From a virus (Duplodnaviria > Caudoviricetes), in IMG/VR virus record IMGVR_UViG_3300032216_001772, positions 1 through 56,303 of that record: a stretch of 56,303 nucleotides of DNA; one strand, given 5' to 3'. The notes under the pieces were generated by a model. The model searched no databases, was not told where the DNA came from, and worked only from the letters and a program-made list of their open reading frames with translations. Shown one piece after another: positions 32,152 to 42,274 of this stretch (position 1 is the stretch's first letter; every line of letters starts with the position of its first letter). A program made the position numbers and the translations under genes.

Positions 32152-32172
32152 ATAAATATGATACCACAAACT

Positions 32173-32210
32173 AAAAAAGAATACCCCCAGATTTCTCCAG
32201 GGGTACTCTT
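32173..32210 (-). terminator. Terminator after endolysin
   Basis: AAGAGTACCCC...GGGGTATTCTT hairpin followed by a T-run on the minus strand. Confidence 0.7.
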
Positions 32211-32220
32211 ATAGTTTTAT

Positions 32221-32487
32221 TTACTTAGCAGTCTTAGGTGCATTTGCAATTGCAAGCGTAGTAAATGGAACAGCAAGGTTCCCTACAATCGCACTAGCAA
32301 CAATGACCCATACTGGAGCCTGAACTCCAGCAGCCATAATTCCTACACCGATATTGCTAACGATTAGTGCAGATAGACCATACAGTGCATAAGCAAGCTT
32401 ACGACCCTTTGGATTTGCAATAAGAATTCCTAGTGCATCTGTTCCTGCATCTGTAGCTTCAGTTGGAAGCGGTTTAATTGTTGGCAT
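32221..32487 (-). CDS. Nested in-frame holin-like membrane protein (88 aa)
   Basis: AAGGAG (32497-32502) upstream of in-frame ATG at 32487 (MPTIKPLP); two predicted transmembrane helices. Confidence 0.55.
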   Translation of the reverse strand: MPTIKPLPTEATDAGTDALGILIANPKGRKLAYALYGLSALIVSNIGVGIMAAGVQAPVWVIVASAIVGNLAVPFTTLAIANAPKTAK

Positions 32488-33354
32488 TGGTTTTGTCTCC
32501 TTATTTGGTTTATTTGTTGTTGACTTGTCAACTGGTTTATCAGTTGGCTTGTCAACTGGGTTTGTTGGCTCAGGCTTAGCAGGTGCTGGAGCAGGAGCTG
32601 GTGCTGGTGCTGGTGCAGTATCTTCTTTCAAAGACTGAGCAAATCCAGCCCATGATAGTGGACCAAGAATTCCATCCAAAGGTCCGCCGTAGTTTCCGTT
32701 CTTTTTACCATACTGTTGGAATCCAGCGTATGTCTTGGGTCCAGGGATTCCATCAATAGGCCCATTGTAGAGGCCATACTTAGCAAGCCAGTTCTGTACG
32801 GCTCGCCACGAGATAGGCCCAAACACGCCGTCAACAACTCCAGAGTAAAGACCTTGGTCTTTAAGGATTTGCTGAATAGAACGTTGTACATCAGCCGAGG
32901 GGGAGAAAGACGAGCCTCCGCCACTACTTCCACCAAGTGCAGCATGCCACGGTTCTGAGTCAAGTGTAAATACGAGTCCCAAACTTTCAGCAATTGAACG
33001 AACAACACTGTTGCCGTGACCAGGATTAATATCAACAGCCATACCCCAACCATGAGATGATGATCCAGGTGTACCTGCAGAAGGTGTTTCACCTCTATGC
33101 ATACGTCCTAATTGAAACCACTGGTTTGATCCACCAGTTGAAGTTTGTGATTCATCTGTTACATACTGATCACCTTCAGAACCTAGTGGTCGATATCCTT
33201 CATTGATGTGAATATTCACACCTTGTGCGGCACACTGATTAATCAGTTGTACCATTACTTGGAACATTGAGGGTTCAAAATACTGACCCTGTAGTTCTCC
33301 CATAGCGGATAATGGAATTTGTCCATTACTGTATCCGCCCCATGCATTAACCAT
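32221..33354 (-). CDS. Endolysin: M15 (VanY-like) peptidase, peptidoglycan-binding repeats, Pro/Ala linker and C-terminal membrane segment
   Basis: EGYRP, PGSSSHGWGMAVD, EPWH metallopeptidase motifs; three Y.G..DG..GP.(S/T) repeats; two C-terminal hydrophobic helices. Confidence 0.9.
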   Translation of the reverse strand: MVNAWGGYSNGQIPLSAMGELQGQYFEPSMFQVMVQLINQCAAQGVNIHINEGYRPLGSEGDQYVTDESQTSTGGSNQWFQLGRMHRGETPSAGTPGSSSHGWGMAVDINPGHGNSVVRSIAESLGLVFTLDSEPWHAALGGSSGGGSSFSPSADVQRSIQQILKDQGLYSGVVDGVFGPISWRAVQNWLAKYGLYNGPIDGIPGPKTYAGFQQYGKKNGNYGGPLDGILGPLSWAGFAQSLKEDTAPAPAPAPAPAPAKPEPTNPVDKPTDKPVDKSTTNKPNKETKPMPTIKPLPTEATDAGTDALGILIANPKGRKLAYALYGLSALIVSNIGVGIMAAGVQAPVWVIVASAIVGNLAVPFTTLAIANAPKTAK

Positions 33355-33394
33355 AATATATCCTCCTTAACAAGTATATCATTGATGTAAAAAA

Positions 33395-33991
33395 TTAGCC
33401 TGTTGCGTATTTGTTCATCACAGACCAAGGATTAACTGGGGTGTCTCCATCATGAATTTCAAAATGTAAGTGAGGACCAGTTGAACGTCCAGTACTTCCT
33501 ACTTGACCAATGGGATCTCCCATTTTTACTATTGCACCTGGCACAATATTTGGCGGTATTGATCCTTCAATCATATGACCATAAATTACTGTATAGTATC
33601 CACCATCATAAATAACAACATGATTTCCAAATGATCCAGAATACTCTGCTGTTACAACTACTCCATCTGTTGCTGAAACAATTGTTGTTCCATACCCTGG
33701 CATTATATCAAGACCCATGTGATAACTTTGAGTTTCTGGCCTCCAAACACCAAATCCTTCATTATAATGATCATGATTAACAGGCCACATAAACTTAGGA
33801 ACGTAAAAGCCACGTTCTCTTAACGGTGCAGTATATGATGATGCCTTAAGAGTTTGTGTTTTTTGTTCTTTAAAACTATAGCTGGCACTTTTATCAACAT
33901 TTGAAAAAGCTGGATTTGTTAAACAAAATGATAATGATATAACACCAATTATAAGAATTATAAAATTTTTAAAACTAAAAATAGATAGCAT
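33395..33991 (-). CDS. Secreted or membrane-anchored M23 family peptidase
   Basis: HMGLD and STGPHLHFE motifs; hydrophobic N-terminus; GGAGG RBS before ATG 33991. Confidence 0.9.
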   Translation of the reverse strand: MLSIFSFKNFIILIIGVISLSFCLTNPAFSNVDKSASYSFKEQKTQTLKASSYTAPLRERGFYVPKFMWPVNHDHYNEGFGVWRPETQSYHMGLDIMPGYGTTIVSATDGVVVTAEYSGSFGNHVVIYDGGYYTVIYGHMIEGSIPPNIVPGAIVKMGDPIGQVGSTGRSTGPHLHFEIHDGDTPVNPWSVMNKYATG

Positions 33992-34060
33992 TGCTACCTC
34001 CAATCATAGGCGGTATTAAATATTACCGCACTTATTGCTTAAAAGCAAACGTAGGTATAA

Positions 34061-34225
34061 CTATACCACATCAGGAGTAGTTGTATTTAAAGTAATATCT
34101 GTGATCTCTGTACCACATGGACCACATACTACATTTATCGGATCAACTTCGTCGGTAATAATTGTGATTGCCATACCCGAATTTGGGCAACCAGCTACAC
34201 GACATACAACAATAGACTCATTCAC
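34061..34225 (-). CDS. Small Zn-binding protein next to fibre genes (54 aa, absent from ORF track)
   Basis: AAGGAG RBS, GTG start; MNESIVVCRVAGCPNSG...VVCGPCGTEITDI (CxxxxC and CxxC). Confidence 0.7.
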   Translation of the reverse strand: MNESIVVCRVAGCPNSGMAITIITDEVDPINVVCGPCGTEITDITLNTTTPDVV

Positions 34226-34237
34226 GATTTCTCCTTA

Positions 34238-36217
34238 TTACCAGTATAGCAGGACACATCCAGTACCTCCCCTGCCACCTTGGGCGACACCGTTGTTTCC
34301 AGAACCACCGCCACCACCGCCACCACGGCCACCGTCACCTCCGTAAGCATCAGTAGCTGTAGCAGAGGCTGTACCAGCACCACCAGCTCCGAGGTAGCCT
34401 CCTCCCCCTCCACCTCCGCAATACTTCAATGAAGTTCCTGTAAGAGTACTCCCAGTTCCACCTGCGTATATTCCAGCTCCTCCATTACCTGCTGTAGCAG
34501 TAGAACTACTACTAACAGTAATCCTGGCTCCGCCGCCACCGCCACCGATCATGCCACTTCCTCCCAAACCGCCAGTAGTTGTCCCACCACTAGCAGAGTT
34601 TGTTGCCCCTCCACCACCTCCACCAGAGGTTCCTGAACCCCCTATGCTTCCAGCAATGGTTCCTGTAGAAATTACAGAGGCTGCTCCACTGCCCCCAACA
34701 GCATAAAGCAAACTGCTTCCTGCAACGGTAGTTCCAGCTGGAGCACTTTCACCAGATCCAAAACCTAAAGACGAAAATGATCCTCCTCCACCACCAGCAG
34801 CATATAGGGTGCTGTAGATACTTGGATCTCCTCCATTACCAGGAGTACCACTATATTGGCCGCCTTCACCAACAGTTATAGTTGTAGATTTGGGTACTAG
34901 GCCATAAACAATTGCTCCAGCACCTCCACCACACCCCTGGGTGAAATTTCCACGACCTCCTCCACCTACAACAATGGCAAATACAAGATCAGGAGTCGGC
35001 TCAGAAAACGTAGATAGAGCTGTCATAGTAGAGTTAATTTTTACAATGCCTTGATAAGTAGAGTCTCCTTGCCAGGAGTTAAAGTATCCTCCAGCAAGGT
35101 ATTGGCCGCTACTTAATTGGATTGCGGCTATAACACTTCCCTCAGAAAATGTAGGAGAAAAACTGACATCTTTCGTACCACTAGCGTTATGCCTTTGGAG
35201 GGTATCGTTGCTTTGGGAGTTTGTAGTGAAAAATTTTCCATTAGATTGAAGAGTGATAGAGTATGGAAAATATCCAGATACGGTATCGTATTGATTCCAG
35301 AGTGCGCTAACAGTTCCATCAGAGTTTAATAGCACCAGACCCCCTGCTCCGTCTACATCGTTCCAATACTGAAACGGACCTCCAATAATAATTTTTCCGT
35401 CACTTCTTATAGCCATACAGGTTACCCTAGTACCCGTAAGGCCAAACTCAGAGTCATAAAACTCAGCACCAGTTCCCAAGTTAGTATTAAAAGCAGTATC
35501 TAATGTGCCATCTGTATTGAGTCGTCCAAACGAACCGTAAAGATAAACTACGTCAGAAAAAGCATAAAGAATTTTTCCATCACTTTGTACTGATACCTGC
35601 TGAACTATTTTGTCACTCGGTCCAGTAGCATATGTACGAGTAAAAGAAGAGTCTATAGTTCCATTAGAATTAAGGCGTAAAATTGAAGAACGGTTTGCAC
35701 CATTCCAGTAAAAAGGAGCCGCACCACCTAAAATTATTTTCCCATCAGGTTGAAGAGCAAGTGCCGTAGGTATGTTGTTGCTTGAACCGATATTAGCAGC
35801 AAAGCCTGTGTCTAAAGTACCATCATAATTTAGACGGATAATACCTTTTACAGAAGTACCATTAAAAGCAGAAAAACCTCCTAAAATAAGAATTTTTCCA
35901 TCATCTTGCAAAACAACTTTTGTTAAAACAGTAGCACTAGCGATTGCTACAAATCCTGTCCCAAGATTTTTAGAAAAAGTGGTGTCTAAGCTATTATCTG
36001 AATTAAGTCTTACAATATATTTTGCAGTTAAAGGAGCACCACACCACTTTGCAAAATCTCCAATAATAATAATTTTGCCATCAGGCTGCTGAATAATATC
36101 GCGTACCGTATTATAATCATAAGTGCTAATAAACGTTCTAATAGCACCAATGTTAGTAAATTGGCCAGCAGTATCCCAGCCTTTTCTAAGGTTAAAGTTG
36201 CTAGGAATAGGAATCAT
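34238..36217 (-). CDS. Putative receptor-binding adhesin: delta-60-like beta-propeller repeats plus glycine-rich C-terminal domain
   Basis: Repeated QPDGKIIxxG...RLNSDGTLDTxF units; poly-Gly C-terminus ending GGTGCVLLYW. Confidence 0.8.
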   Translation of the reverse strand: MIPIPSNFNLRKGWDTAGQFTNIGAIRTFISTYDYNTVRDIIQQPDGKIIIIGDFAKWCGAPLTAKYIVRLNSDNSLDTTFSKNLGTGFVAIASATVLTKVVLQDDGKILILGGFSAFNGTSVKGIIRLNYDGTLDTGFAANIGSSNNIPTALALQPDGKIILGGAAPFYWNGANRSSILRLNSNGTIDSSFTRTYATGPSDKIVQQVSVQSDGKILYAFSDVVYLYGSFGRLNTDGTLDTAFNTNLGTGAEFYDSEFGLTGTRVTCMAIRSDGKIIIGGPFQYWNDVDGAGGLVLLNSDGTVSALWNQYDTVSGYFPYSITLQSNGKFFTTNSQSNDTLQRHNASGTKDVSFSPTFSEGSVIAAIQLSSGQYLAGGYFNSWQGDSTYQGIVKINSTMTALSTFSEPTPDLVFAIVVGGGGRGNFTQGCGGGAGAIVYGLVPKSTTITVGEGGQYSGTPGNGGDPSIYSTLYAAGGGGGSFSSLGFGSGESAPAGTTVAGSSLLYAVGGSGAASVISTGTIAGSIGGSGTSGGGGGGATNSASGGTTTGGLGGSGMIGGGGGGARITVSSSSTATAGNGGAGIYAGGTGSTLTGTSLKYCGGGGGGGYLGAGGAGTASATATDAYGGDGGRGGGGGGGSGNNGVAQGGRGGTGCVLLYW

Positions 36218-36221
36218 GTTA

Positions 36222-37226
36222 TCACCAGTAAATTAATACGCATCCGTTACCGCCAGCACCACCAGCACCACCAGCAGTAGCGGCTCCTCCGCCTCCACCA
36301 CCAGAACCTCCTGCACCACCAGTACGAGCAGTAGTTGAAGTTCCAGCAGTTCCAGTAACTCCTACTGCCAAATATCCTGTACCGCCAGATCCACCTGAAT
36401 TTTTACCAGCTGCAGAAGTTCCAACGGACGCAGTAGCTGCAGTTCCTGCACCGAAATATCCTACTCCACCTGCTCCACCAGTAGCTACACCAGTTGTTGT
36501 GCTGTTTATTGCAGCAGAGCCACCTCCACCACCAGTTTGACCAGCACCACCAGCACCACCAGTTGCACTAAGCGTTGTTGAAGTAGTGAAAGCTCCACCA
36601 CCACCGCCACCAGCTACAGATGTACTTCCTGCAGTTCCTGCGGTCGCCACTGTACCCGAGGTAGCAGAACCACCAGCACCTCCTACACAATACGCAAGAG
36701 ACGATCCAGCAGCTCCTGTAATTGTTCCTGCTGTAGTTGTAACTCCTGAGCCACCACTTCCAGCACCATTAGTGGAAACTGTTGCTGCAGCAGCTTTGCC
36801 ACCAGCCGTTCCACCTTTTGCAAAAAGACCAGCATAGGTAGAGTCTCCACCATCAGTGGGTGCTGTTGCACCAGTAGCACCAGTTCCACCTGTTCCAATA
36901 AAGCAGGTTGCTTGTGCTGAAACCCACCCACTAACAACGGCCCCTCCACCACCACCACCGCCGACTTGGTAGTTTACGTTGTTTCCGTTTCCACCACCAC
37001 CGCCTGCTCCAACAACTACAGCGTAAATAACAGCAGGAGCACCAGTTAGATCAACAGACTGTGTTCCAGTAGCAGAAATTGTTTGACGTAAAATTAAAGT
37101 ATTAGAAGTCCAAGTTGGCGTAGAAGAACTACCTTGAGAAGTTAATACTTGACCAGATGTTCCAGCACTACCAGTTAAAAGAATCGGTGCTCTAAAGTCT
37201 GAACCACTTAATGATTTTTTTGCCAT
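36222..37226 (-). CDS. Glycine-rich tail fibre tip/adhesin protein
   Basis: GSAGTSGQVLTSQG N-terminal motif, polyglycine runs, ends GGNGCVLIYW. Confidence 0.8.
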   Translation of the reverse strand: MAKKSLSGSDFRAPILLTGSAGTSGQVLTSQGSSSTPTWTSNTLILRQTISATGTQSVDLTGAPAVIYAVVVGAGGGGGNGNNVNYQVGGGGGGGAVVSGWVSAQATCFIGTGGTGATGATAPTDGGDSTYAGLFAKGGTAGGKAAAATVSTNGAGSGGSGVTTTAGTITGAAGSSLAYCVGGAGGSATSGTVATAGTAGSTSVAGGGGGGAFTTSTTLSATGGAGGAGQTGGGGGSAAINSTTTGVATGGAGGVGYFGAGTAATASVGTSAAGKNSGGSGGTGYLAVGVTGTAGTSTTARTGGAGGSGGGGGGAATAGGAGGAGGNGCVLIYW

Positions 37227-37241
37227 AAATTAATTATAACA

Positions 37242-38720
37242 CTAACCAATAATGGTTACACGATAAGTATCAGCAGAAACAGTAGATGCTGCATTCCAGG
37301 TAATGGTTACATCACCAGTAGTATCGTTAATTGATACATCTGCTTCTACAACTGCCCCCGAAACTTCCTTCATTTGAACAATGATTGCACCATTAGTAGC
37401 TACCCCATGTGTTGCTGCAGAAATAGACCATGTTGCAGTTCCACTAGATGGCGTAATAGATGTGTTTTTTGCAGAATACTTTGTATTGAATCCAAGATTT
37501 GTTTTAGCTCCAGCAGCTGTTGAAGCCCCAGTACCACCATCTGCTACAGCAATGTCTGTACCATTCCATGTTCCAGATGTAATTGTTCCAACAGTAACAA
37601 TATCATTATCACCTGTATATGTACCTGCAGCAACGGCAGCAAGAGTAGAATTATATGCTTGAACATTTGTGCCAATTGCAAGACCTAAGTTTGTTCTAGC
37701 AGTTGCTGCATCCGTTGCACCAGTACCACCATTAGCAACAGCAATAGCTGTTCCATTCCATGTACCTGTTGCAATTGTTCCAAGAGTTGTAATTGAAGAT
37801 TGACCTGTATATGAAGCTGAAATTTGAACGGTATCAGCATTAACTGTAATACCAGTTCCAGCACCTACGTTAAAATCATTTCCTGAAAGGGTTAAACCAT
37901 TTCCTGCAGTATATACAGATCCTCCATTAAACTGTACCCAGCTTTGTCCAGAGAAGCTTGTTAGATAACCACTAGCTTGTGTCCAAGATGTTTTACCATA
38001 AGTTGTACCCTCAGAAACAAAAACGGTAGCATTAATAAGTTCTGTATAAACATCTGCATCAGTAGAACGAGTAAGAGTATATCCAGAACCTGCATCAGAA
38101 TATGTATAAATACCTTTTTCTGTAGCGGTTGTTTGATTTGTAAGAAGAAGTCTGTATCCATTATGTGTTGCAGTAAGTGCTGCGTGACCATCAATAACTA
38201 GTGATCCTGTAGAACCTGTAAGGGCAACATTTGATGCAGCAAGTAGGTTTACTGCCTGTTTCCAAGTTAAACCTGCAATAGAATCATCAACATATTTTTT
38301 ATTTGCAGCATCATTATCTGCTGTTGGAGTTGCAAGATTTGTAATCTTGTTACTGTTTAAAGATACGTTTGCAGTTGGAACAGCAAATTCATCAAGTCTG
38401 TATCCTTTTACAGTTGTTGCAAGATCTGAAATAGTAGAAGCTGACTGGCTACCTGTGTGATTTGCACGAGCAAGTGGATCGGTAGCAAGTTTAGAAAGAG
38501 CAATAGCAGCATTAGAAGCAATATCTGCATTAACAATTGCACCAGACTGTGTATAGGCTTTCCAAGCTGTACCATTGTATTGCTTAAGAACTTTATCGGT
38601 TGTATTATAATATACCTGTCCATCAACTGGACTACTTGGATCTGAAGCGAGATTCTGAATGGCTACATTCTGTAACTCATTTTTATTCAGATCTATCGCT
38701 GTTAAAAATTTCTTTGCCAT
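37242..38720 (-). CDS. Tail fibre protein
   Basis: KITNLATPTADNDAANKKYVD; two GTWNGTxIAVAxGGTGA..AA.A.TNLG repeats. Confidence 0.85.
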   Translation of the reverse strand: MAKKFLTAIDLNKNELQNVAIQNLASDPSSPVDGQVYYNTTDKVLKQYNGTAWKAYTQSGAIVNADIASNAAIALSKLATDPLARANHTGSQSASTISDLATTVKGYRLDEFAVPTANVSLNSNKITNLATPTADNDAANKKYVDDSIAGLTWKQAVNLLAASNVALTGSTGSLVIDGHAALTATHNGYRLLLTNQTTATEKGIYTYSDAGSGYTLTRSTDADVYTELINATVFVSEGTTYGKTSWTQASGYLTSFSGQSWVQFNGGSVYTAGNGLTLSGNDFNVGAGTGITVNADTVQISASYTGQSSITTLGTIATGTWNGTAIAVANGGTGATDAATARTNLGLAIGTNVQAYNSTLAAVAAGTYTGDNDIVTVGTITSGTWNGTDIAVADGGTGASTAAGAKTNLGFNTKYSAKNTSITPSSGTATWSISAATHGVATNGAIIVQMKEVSGAVVEADVSINDTTGDVTITWNAASTVSADTYRVTIIG

Positions 38721-38734
38721 TTATGCAACAACTC

Positions 38735-39763
38735 CTATGACAAATACGCTTTGCCAGAAATACCAACGGTAAATCTAACTTCAACAGTATTTATATTAGT
38801 ATACCATGTTTCTGCTTCAACAGAGGTTCCTGCTGAGTCAACAACATTAACTGATGGCTTAAATCCAAGATTATGACTTATTATCCAAGTTGATGCAACG
38901 GCTGTTTGATTGTGCTCATATACTCCACCAATATCGCCTTTGTCACCTTTAGGTCCTTGTGTTCCTTGCTGTCCTTGTGATCCAGTGTTACCTTGAATAC
39001 CTTGAATACCTTGAATACCTTGGACACCTTGCAAACCTCTAGGACCAGTATCTCCAATTAAACCTCTAGGACCAGTTGCTCCTGTAAAACCTTGCAGGCC
39101 CTGGAGTCCTCTTTCTCCTTGTTCTCCTTGCAGTCCACGAGGACCTTGAGGCCCCATTTCACCTACATCTCCTTGTGGACCTGGATCTCCTTGTGGACCT
39201 GGATCTCCTTGTAATCCTCTCTGACCTTCAGCACCAGTAAAACCTTGAATTCCTTGAAGACCTCTTTCGCCCCTATCTCCCTGAAGACCTCTAGGTCCTT
39301 GAGGACCGAGTTCTCCTTGAATACCTTGATTTCCTTGTAAACCAATTGGACCACGATCACCTTGAATACCTTTTGGTCCTATAGGTCCTGTAGCACCAGT
39401 TAAACCTCTTGAGCCTGTATCGCCTTTATCACCTTTAGCTCCAGTTAAACCAGTTAAACCAGTAGCACCTTGTGAACCTTGAGAACCAGTATTTCCTTTA
39501 TCTCCTTTAGGCCCTTGCTCACCTTGTGGACCAATTGGTCCTATGTCGCCTTGTTCACCTTGTGGACCTGGCTCACCAGTATCTCCTTTATCACCTTTTG
39601 GTCCAGCTAGTCCTCTTGGACCAGGACCTCCAGGGAATGGAACAATTTTAACAACAAGATCAGTTTCATCTGGAATAACTCTTAAAGAAAAGTCAGCTGG
39701 TTTACGACTAACAACCTTTATGTTGTTTTCAATATTTGGTTCATCATCTTGACCCAATATCAT
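38735..39763 (-). CDS. Collagen-like fibre protein
   Basis: Long uninterrupted Gly-X-Y tract; C-terminal [17 protein letters not shown] domain. Confidence 0.9.
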   Translation of the reverse strand: MILGQDDEPNIENNIKVVSRKPADFSLRVIPDETDLVVKIVPFPGGPGPRGLAGPKGDKGDTGEPGPQGEQGDIGPIGPQGEQGPKGDKGNTGSQGSQGATGLTGLTGAKGDKGDTGSRGLTGATGPIGPKGIQGDRGPIGLQGNQGIQGELGPQGPRGLQGDRGERGLQGIQGFTGAEGQRGLQGDPGPQGDPGPQGDVGEMGPQGPRGLQGEQGERGLQGLQGFTGATGPRGLIGDTGPRGLQGVQGIQGIQGIQGNTGSQGQQGTQGPKGDKGDIGGVYEHNQTAVASTWIISHNLGFKPSVNVVDSAGTSVEAETWYTNINTVEVRFTVGISGKAYLS

Positions 39764-39766
39764 TGA

Positions 39767-40144
39767 CTAAGCTCCAGTCACATCTCCAACAAGAGAGATA
39801 ATCCCTAGAATTGGTGTCCAAACAGTATCTTGATCAATTGTGACTTGTACATCAAAGCTTAGTTCTGCTGTTTTTGTGCCAACACCCCACGCACTTGTCA
39901 TTTGTGGACTTGCTGTAATTTTAATATATCCTGCATGTACTTGAACATCAAGTTCATCATACCTATCAGCTTTTGATTCATATGCCGTTGCTAAATATGT
40001 CCAGGTAGAAGTGTCATAAAATGTAGTTTCATCATTTTCATAAAACTGCACCATAAGTGTGGCAGTATCGCCACGAACGACACGCCACTTAACTTGTGCT
40101 GGTTCTGCACCAATAAACTCGTCAGGGCAACAAGCATCAGACAT
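39767..40144 (-). CDS. Fibre attachment/baseplate upper protein-like protein
   Basis: 125 aa, WRVVRGDTATL...FDVQVT...VWTPILGII beta-sandwich pattern inside the fibre cluster. Confidence 0.6.
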   Translation of the reverse strand: MSDACCPDEFIGAEPAQVKWRVVRGDTATLMVQFYENDETTFYDTSTWTYLATAYESKADRYDELDVQVHAGYIKITASPQMTSAWGVGTKTAELSFDVQVTIDQDTVWTPILGIISLVGDVTGA

Positions 40145-42024
40145 TAGTCAGTCAACCTCAACCCTGAAAGAATCCAACGGTTATCATCTACCTTTAGAAG
40201 AGTTGCTGTTGAATTTGCTGGAACAAAAAAGTTATAGTTAGTTCCATAGTACCCAGCACCATTCTCACCAATTATTGTCATTGCCTCAGTATCTGCAGCA
40301 GAAATAATCCAGCCACTAGTATCAGCTCCAGCAAACTTAATTTCAGAGCCGATAGGAAATGTAAGTGTTGCATCAGTTGGTACAACATAAGTTGGATTAT
40401 CTGAATTCAAGTTTGCATATAGAAGACAACCGACATGAGTAAGGCTTGGAGTAGGGCCATCCGTAGCAAGAATTCTTGGATAGGTATTTTTAGCCGTGGC
40501 GACATAACCATGCGTTGCAATCTGGTTGTCTGGCACGGCTGGATCATTCAAGAACTCTCCACCAGCACCAGAAATTGTGATCGGTGCAGACTGAAAAGTT
40601 GTTATAGTAATAGCTCCACCAAGCGTAGGATCGGCACTATATCCACCTTGAATATAAACTTGACCACCGCCTCCTGTTCCAGTACTATTTTGACCAGCTC
40701 TAATATTAATCTGTCCACCATTTTGAGTATAAGAGTCTCCACCGTATATGTCTACAAATCCACCAGTGCCAGTCTGAGAATATCCTCCGCGTACCTTGAT
40801 AGTTCCACCTTCACCAGATCCAGAACCATTTCCAGCATCAACTTTAATATCTCCACCAGTTCCACCAGCATCTCCACCAACACCTGCCCAAAGATAAATA
40901 TCTCCACCTTCACCAGTGCTTCCTGAGTATCCATCTGAACCAGCAATAACTAATCTTTGAGCATCTGGTCTTACTGATGTACTTGGGGGTCCAGAAATAA
41001 TTGCCTGATAGGCTGATTCATCAAATCTTAAAACATCTCCAGAACCAGTTCTGCTATTAGAAGGTCCAAATGGAAAGTGAATAGAGCCATTATTAGTAAA
41101 ATGCCATGACTGAGAGTATCCACCAGGACCATCTGACCAGTTAGCAATCTTTACAAAAGCACCATCTTCATTTACCTCAAATTGAGAGTAGACAGATGGT
41201 TGTGCAATACTGGCATTAGTTGCATTAAATGTTCCAGGATCAGTTGGGTAGCGAAGTCTAAGAGATGTAGTAGTAGAAGATACAGGATAGAAGTTACCAT
41301 CATAATCAACACTATTTGGAGCAAAAACATTGTAGTAGTGCTCTGATGTAGTAGGGGCATAATCCTGGGTATTAATTGTAAAGTCAACAAAGTAGTCACC
41401 GTCACCAGTAGCTGTAACAACAGCTGCACTTGGAATAAGAGGACTAATAACAACACTAGGAGAATTCTCACGAACATGCCAACGAATAGCAGTAGACTGA
41501 CTTGATTTTAAAGCAATAGCCTCTCCAGCAAGAAGAGGACGAATAGCTTTACTACTTCCGGTTGGGTATCCCCAAGTCTGAGTAACTACACCATCAAGTC
41601 CAGTTACAGCGTTTACTGCATCTTGAACATATCCAATAGTTGCAACCTCATTTGTTGCATTAGGAGAAATAGTAGCATCTCCCCAGTTAATGTAAACTTT
41701 TCCTGGACCATCGTCACCAGGGTAAAGAATAATGTCTCTAGCAGAACGTAGAGCTAAATCATCTTGAACAGCGTGAATACGAGCAACACCAGTATCACCT
41801 TTTTCAAAAACAATTAAATCATTTCCATTTGCATCCTTAATACTTGTTGGAAGCTTTAGGTCTTCATTGGCATAGTAATCAAGTTCGGTCCATGTACTAG
41901 TACCGTCGCCAATTTTAAACTGCTTTGTTGTTGTATCAACACCGATTTCTGCTTGAGCAAGAACAGGATTCTCTGTTTCCCATGCTGTTGTGCTATCGTT
42001 TCTTAACTGAATTTGTTGTGCCAT
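40144..42024 (-). CDS. Tail fibre protein with Mtd_N-like N-terminus
   Basis: MAQQIQLRNDSTTAWETENPVLAQAEIGVDTTTKQFKIGDG; GGxIxIxAG beta-solenoid repeats; C-terminal FPIGSEI..ATLLKVDDNRWILSG. Confidence 0.85.
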   Translation of the reverse strand: MAQQIQLRNDSTTAWETENPVLAQAEIGVDTTTKQFKIGDGTSTWTELDYYANEDLKLPTSIKDANGNDLIVFEKGDTGVARIHAVQDDLALRSARDIILYPGDDGPGKVYINWGDATISPNATNEVATIGYVQDAVNAVTGLDGVVTQTWGYPTGSSKAIRPLLAGEAIALKSSQSTAIRWHVRENSPSVVISPLIPSAAVVTATGDGDYFVDFTINTQDYAPTTSEHYYNVFAPNSVDYDGNFYPVSSTTTSLRLRYPTDPGTFNATNASIAQPSVYSQFEVNEDGAFVKIANWSDGPGGYSQSWHFTNNGSIHFPFGPSNSRTGSGDVLRFDESAYQAIISGPPSTSVRPDAQRLVIAGSDGYSGSTGEGGDIYLWAGVGGDAGGTGGDIKVDAGNGSGSGEGGTIKVRGGYSQTGTGGFVDIYGGDSYTQNGGQINIRAGQNSTGTGGGGQVYIQGGYSADPTLGGAITITTFQSAPITISGAGGEFLNDPAVPDNQIATHGYVATAKNTYPRILATDGPTPSLTHVGCLLYANLNSDNPTYVVPTDATLTFPIGSEIKFAGADTSGWIISAADTEAMTIIGENGAGYYGTNYNFFVPANSTATLLKVDDNRWILSGLRLTD

Positions 42025-42026
42025 CT

Positions 42027-42185
42027 CTAGCCACCTACCGTTCCTAGGTCAGAATGACCAGTAGCGTCTCCGCCATTTATGTTTTGATCTGTTGTATAAA
42101 CACTGCCAGCTCTTCCACCATCAAAGTTTCCAGGTCCTGGATCTCCCTTTGGACCAGGGAAAGGTACAATTTTAATAACAGCCAT
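42027..42185 (-). CDS. 52-aa putative fibre adaptor peptide (absent from ORF track)
   Basis: MAVIKIVPFPGPKGDPGPGNFDGGRAGSVYTTDQNINGGDATGHSDLGTVGG; shares KIVPFPG with the collagen protein; TGATATACT promoter upstream. Confidence 0.75.
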   Translation of the reverse strand: MAVIKIVPFPGPKGDPGPGNFDGGRAGSVYTTDQNINGGDATGHSDLGTVGG

Positions 42186-42211
42186 AGTACTTCTAGTATA
42201 TCATTTATTAT

Positions 42212-42274
42212 AAAATAAAGAGACTAGTAGCTAAGGTAAGTGGGTGTGAGAGAGAAAAACCCTAGCTACTAGTC
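42212..42274 (-). ncRNA. Candidate ~60-nt hairpin small RNA with CU-rich loop
   Basis: TGTTATAAT-N6 puts +1 at 42274, the first base of a 12-bp perfect inverted repeat (42263-42274 and 42222-42233); U-rich tail follows. Confidence 0.5.

Noticed and set aside
30649-42024. Diversity-generating retroelement acting on the Mtd_N-like fibres
   Set aside because: No reverse transcriptase and no template/variable repeat pair visible in this window
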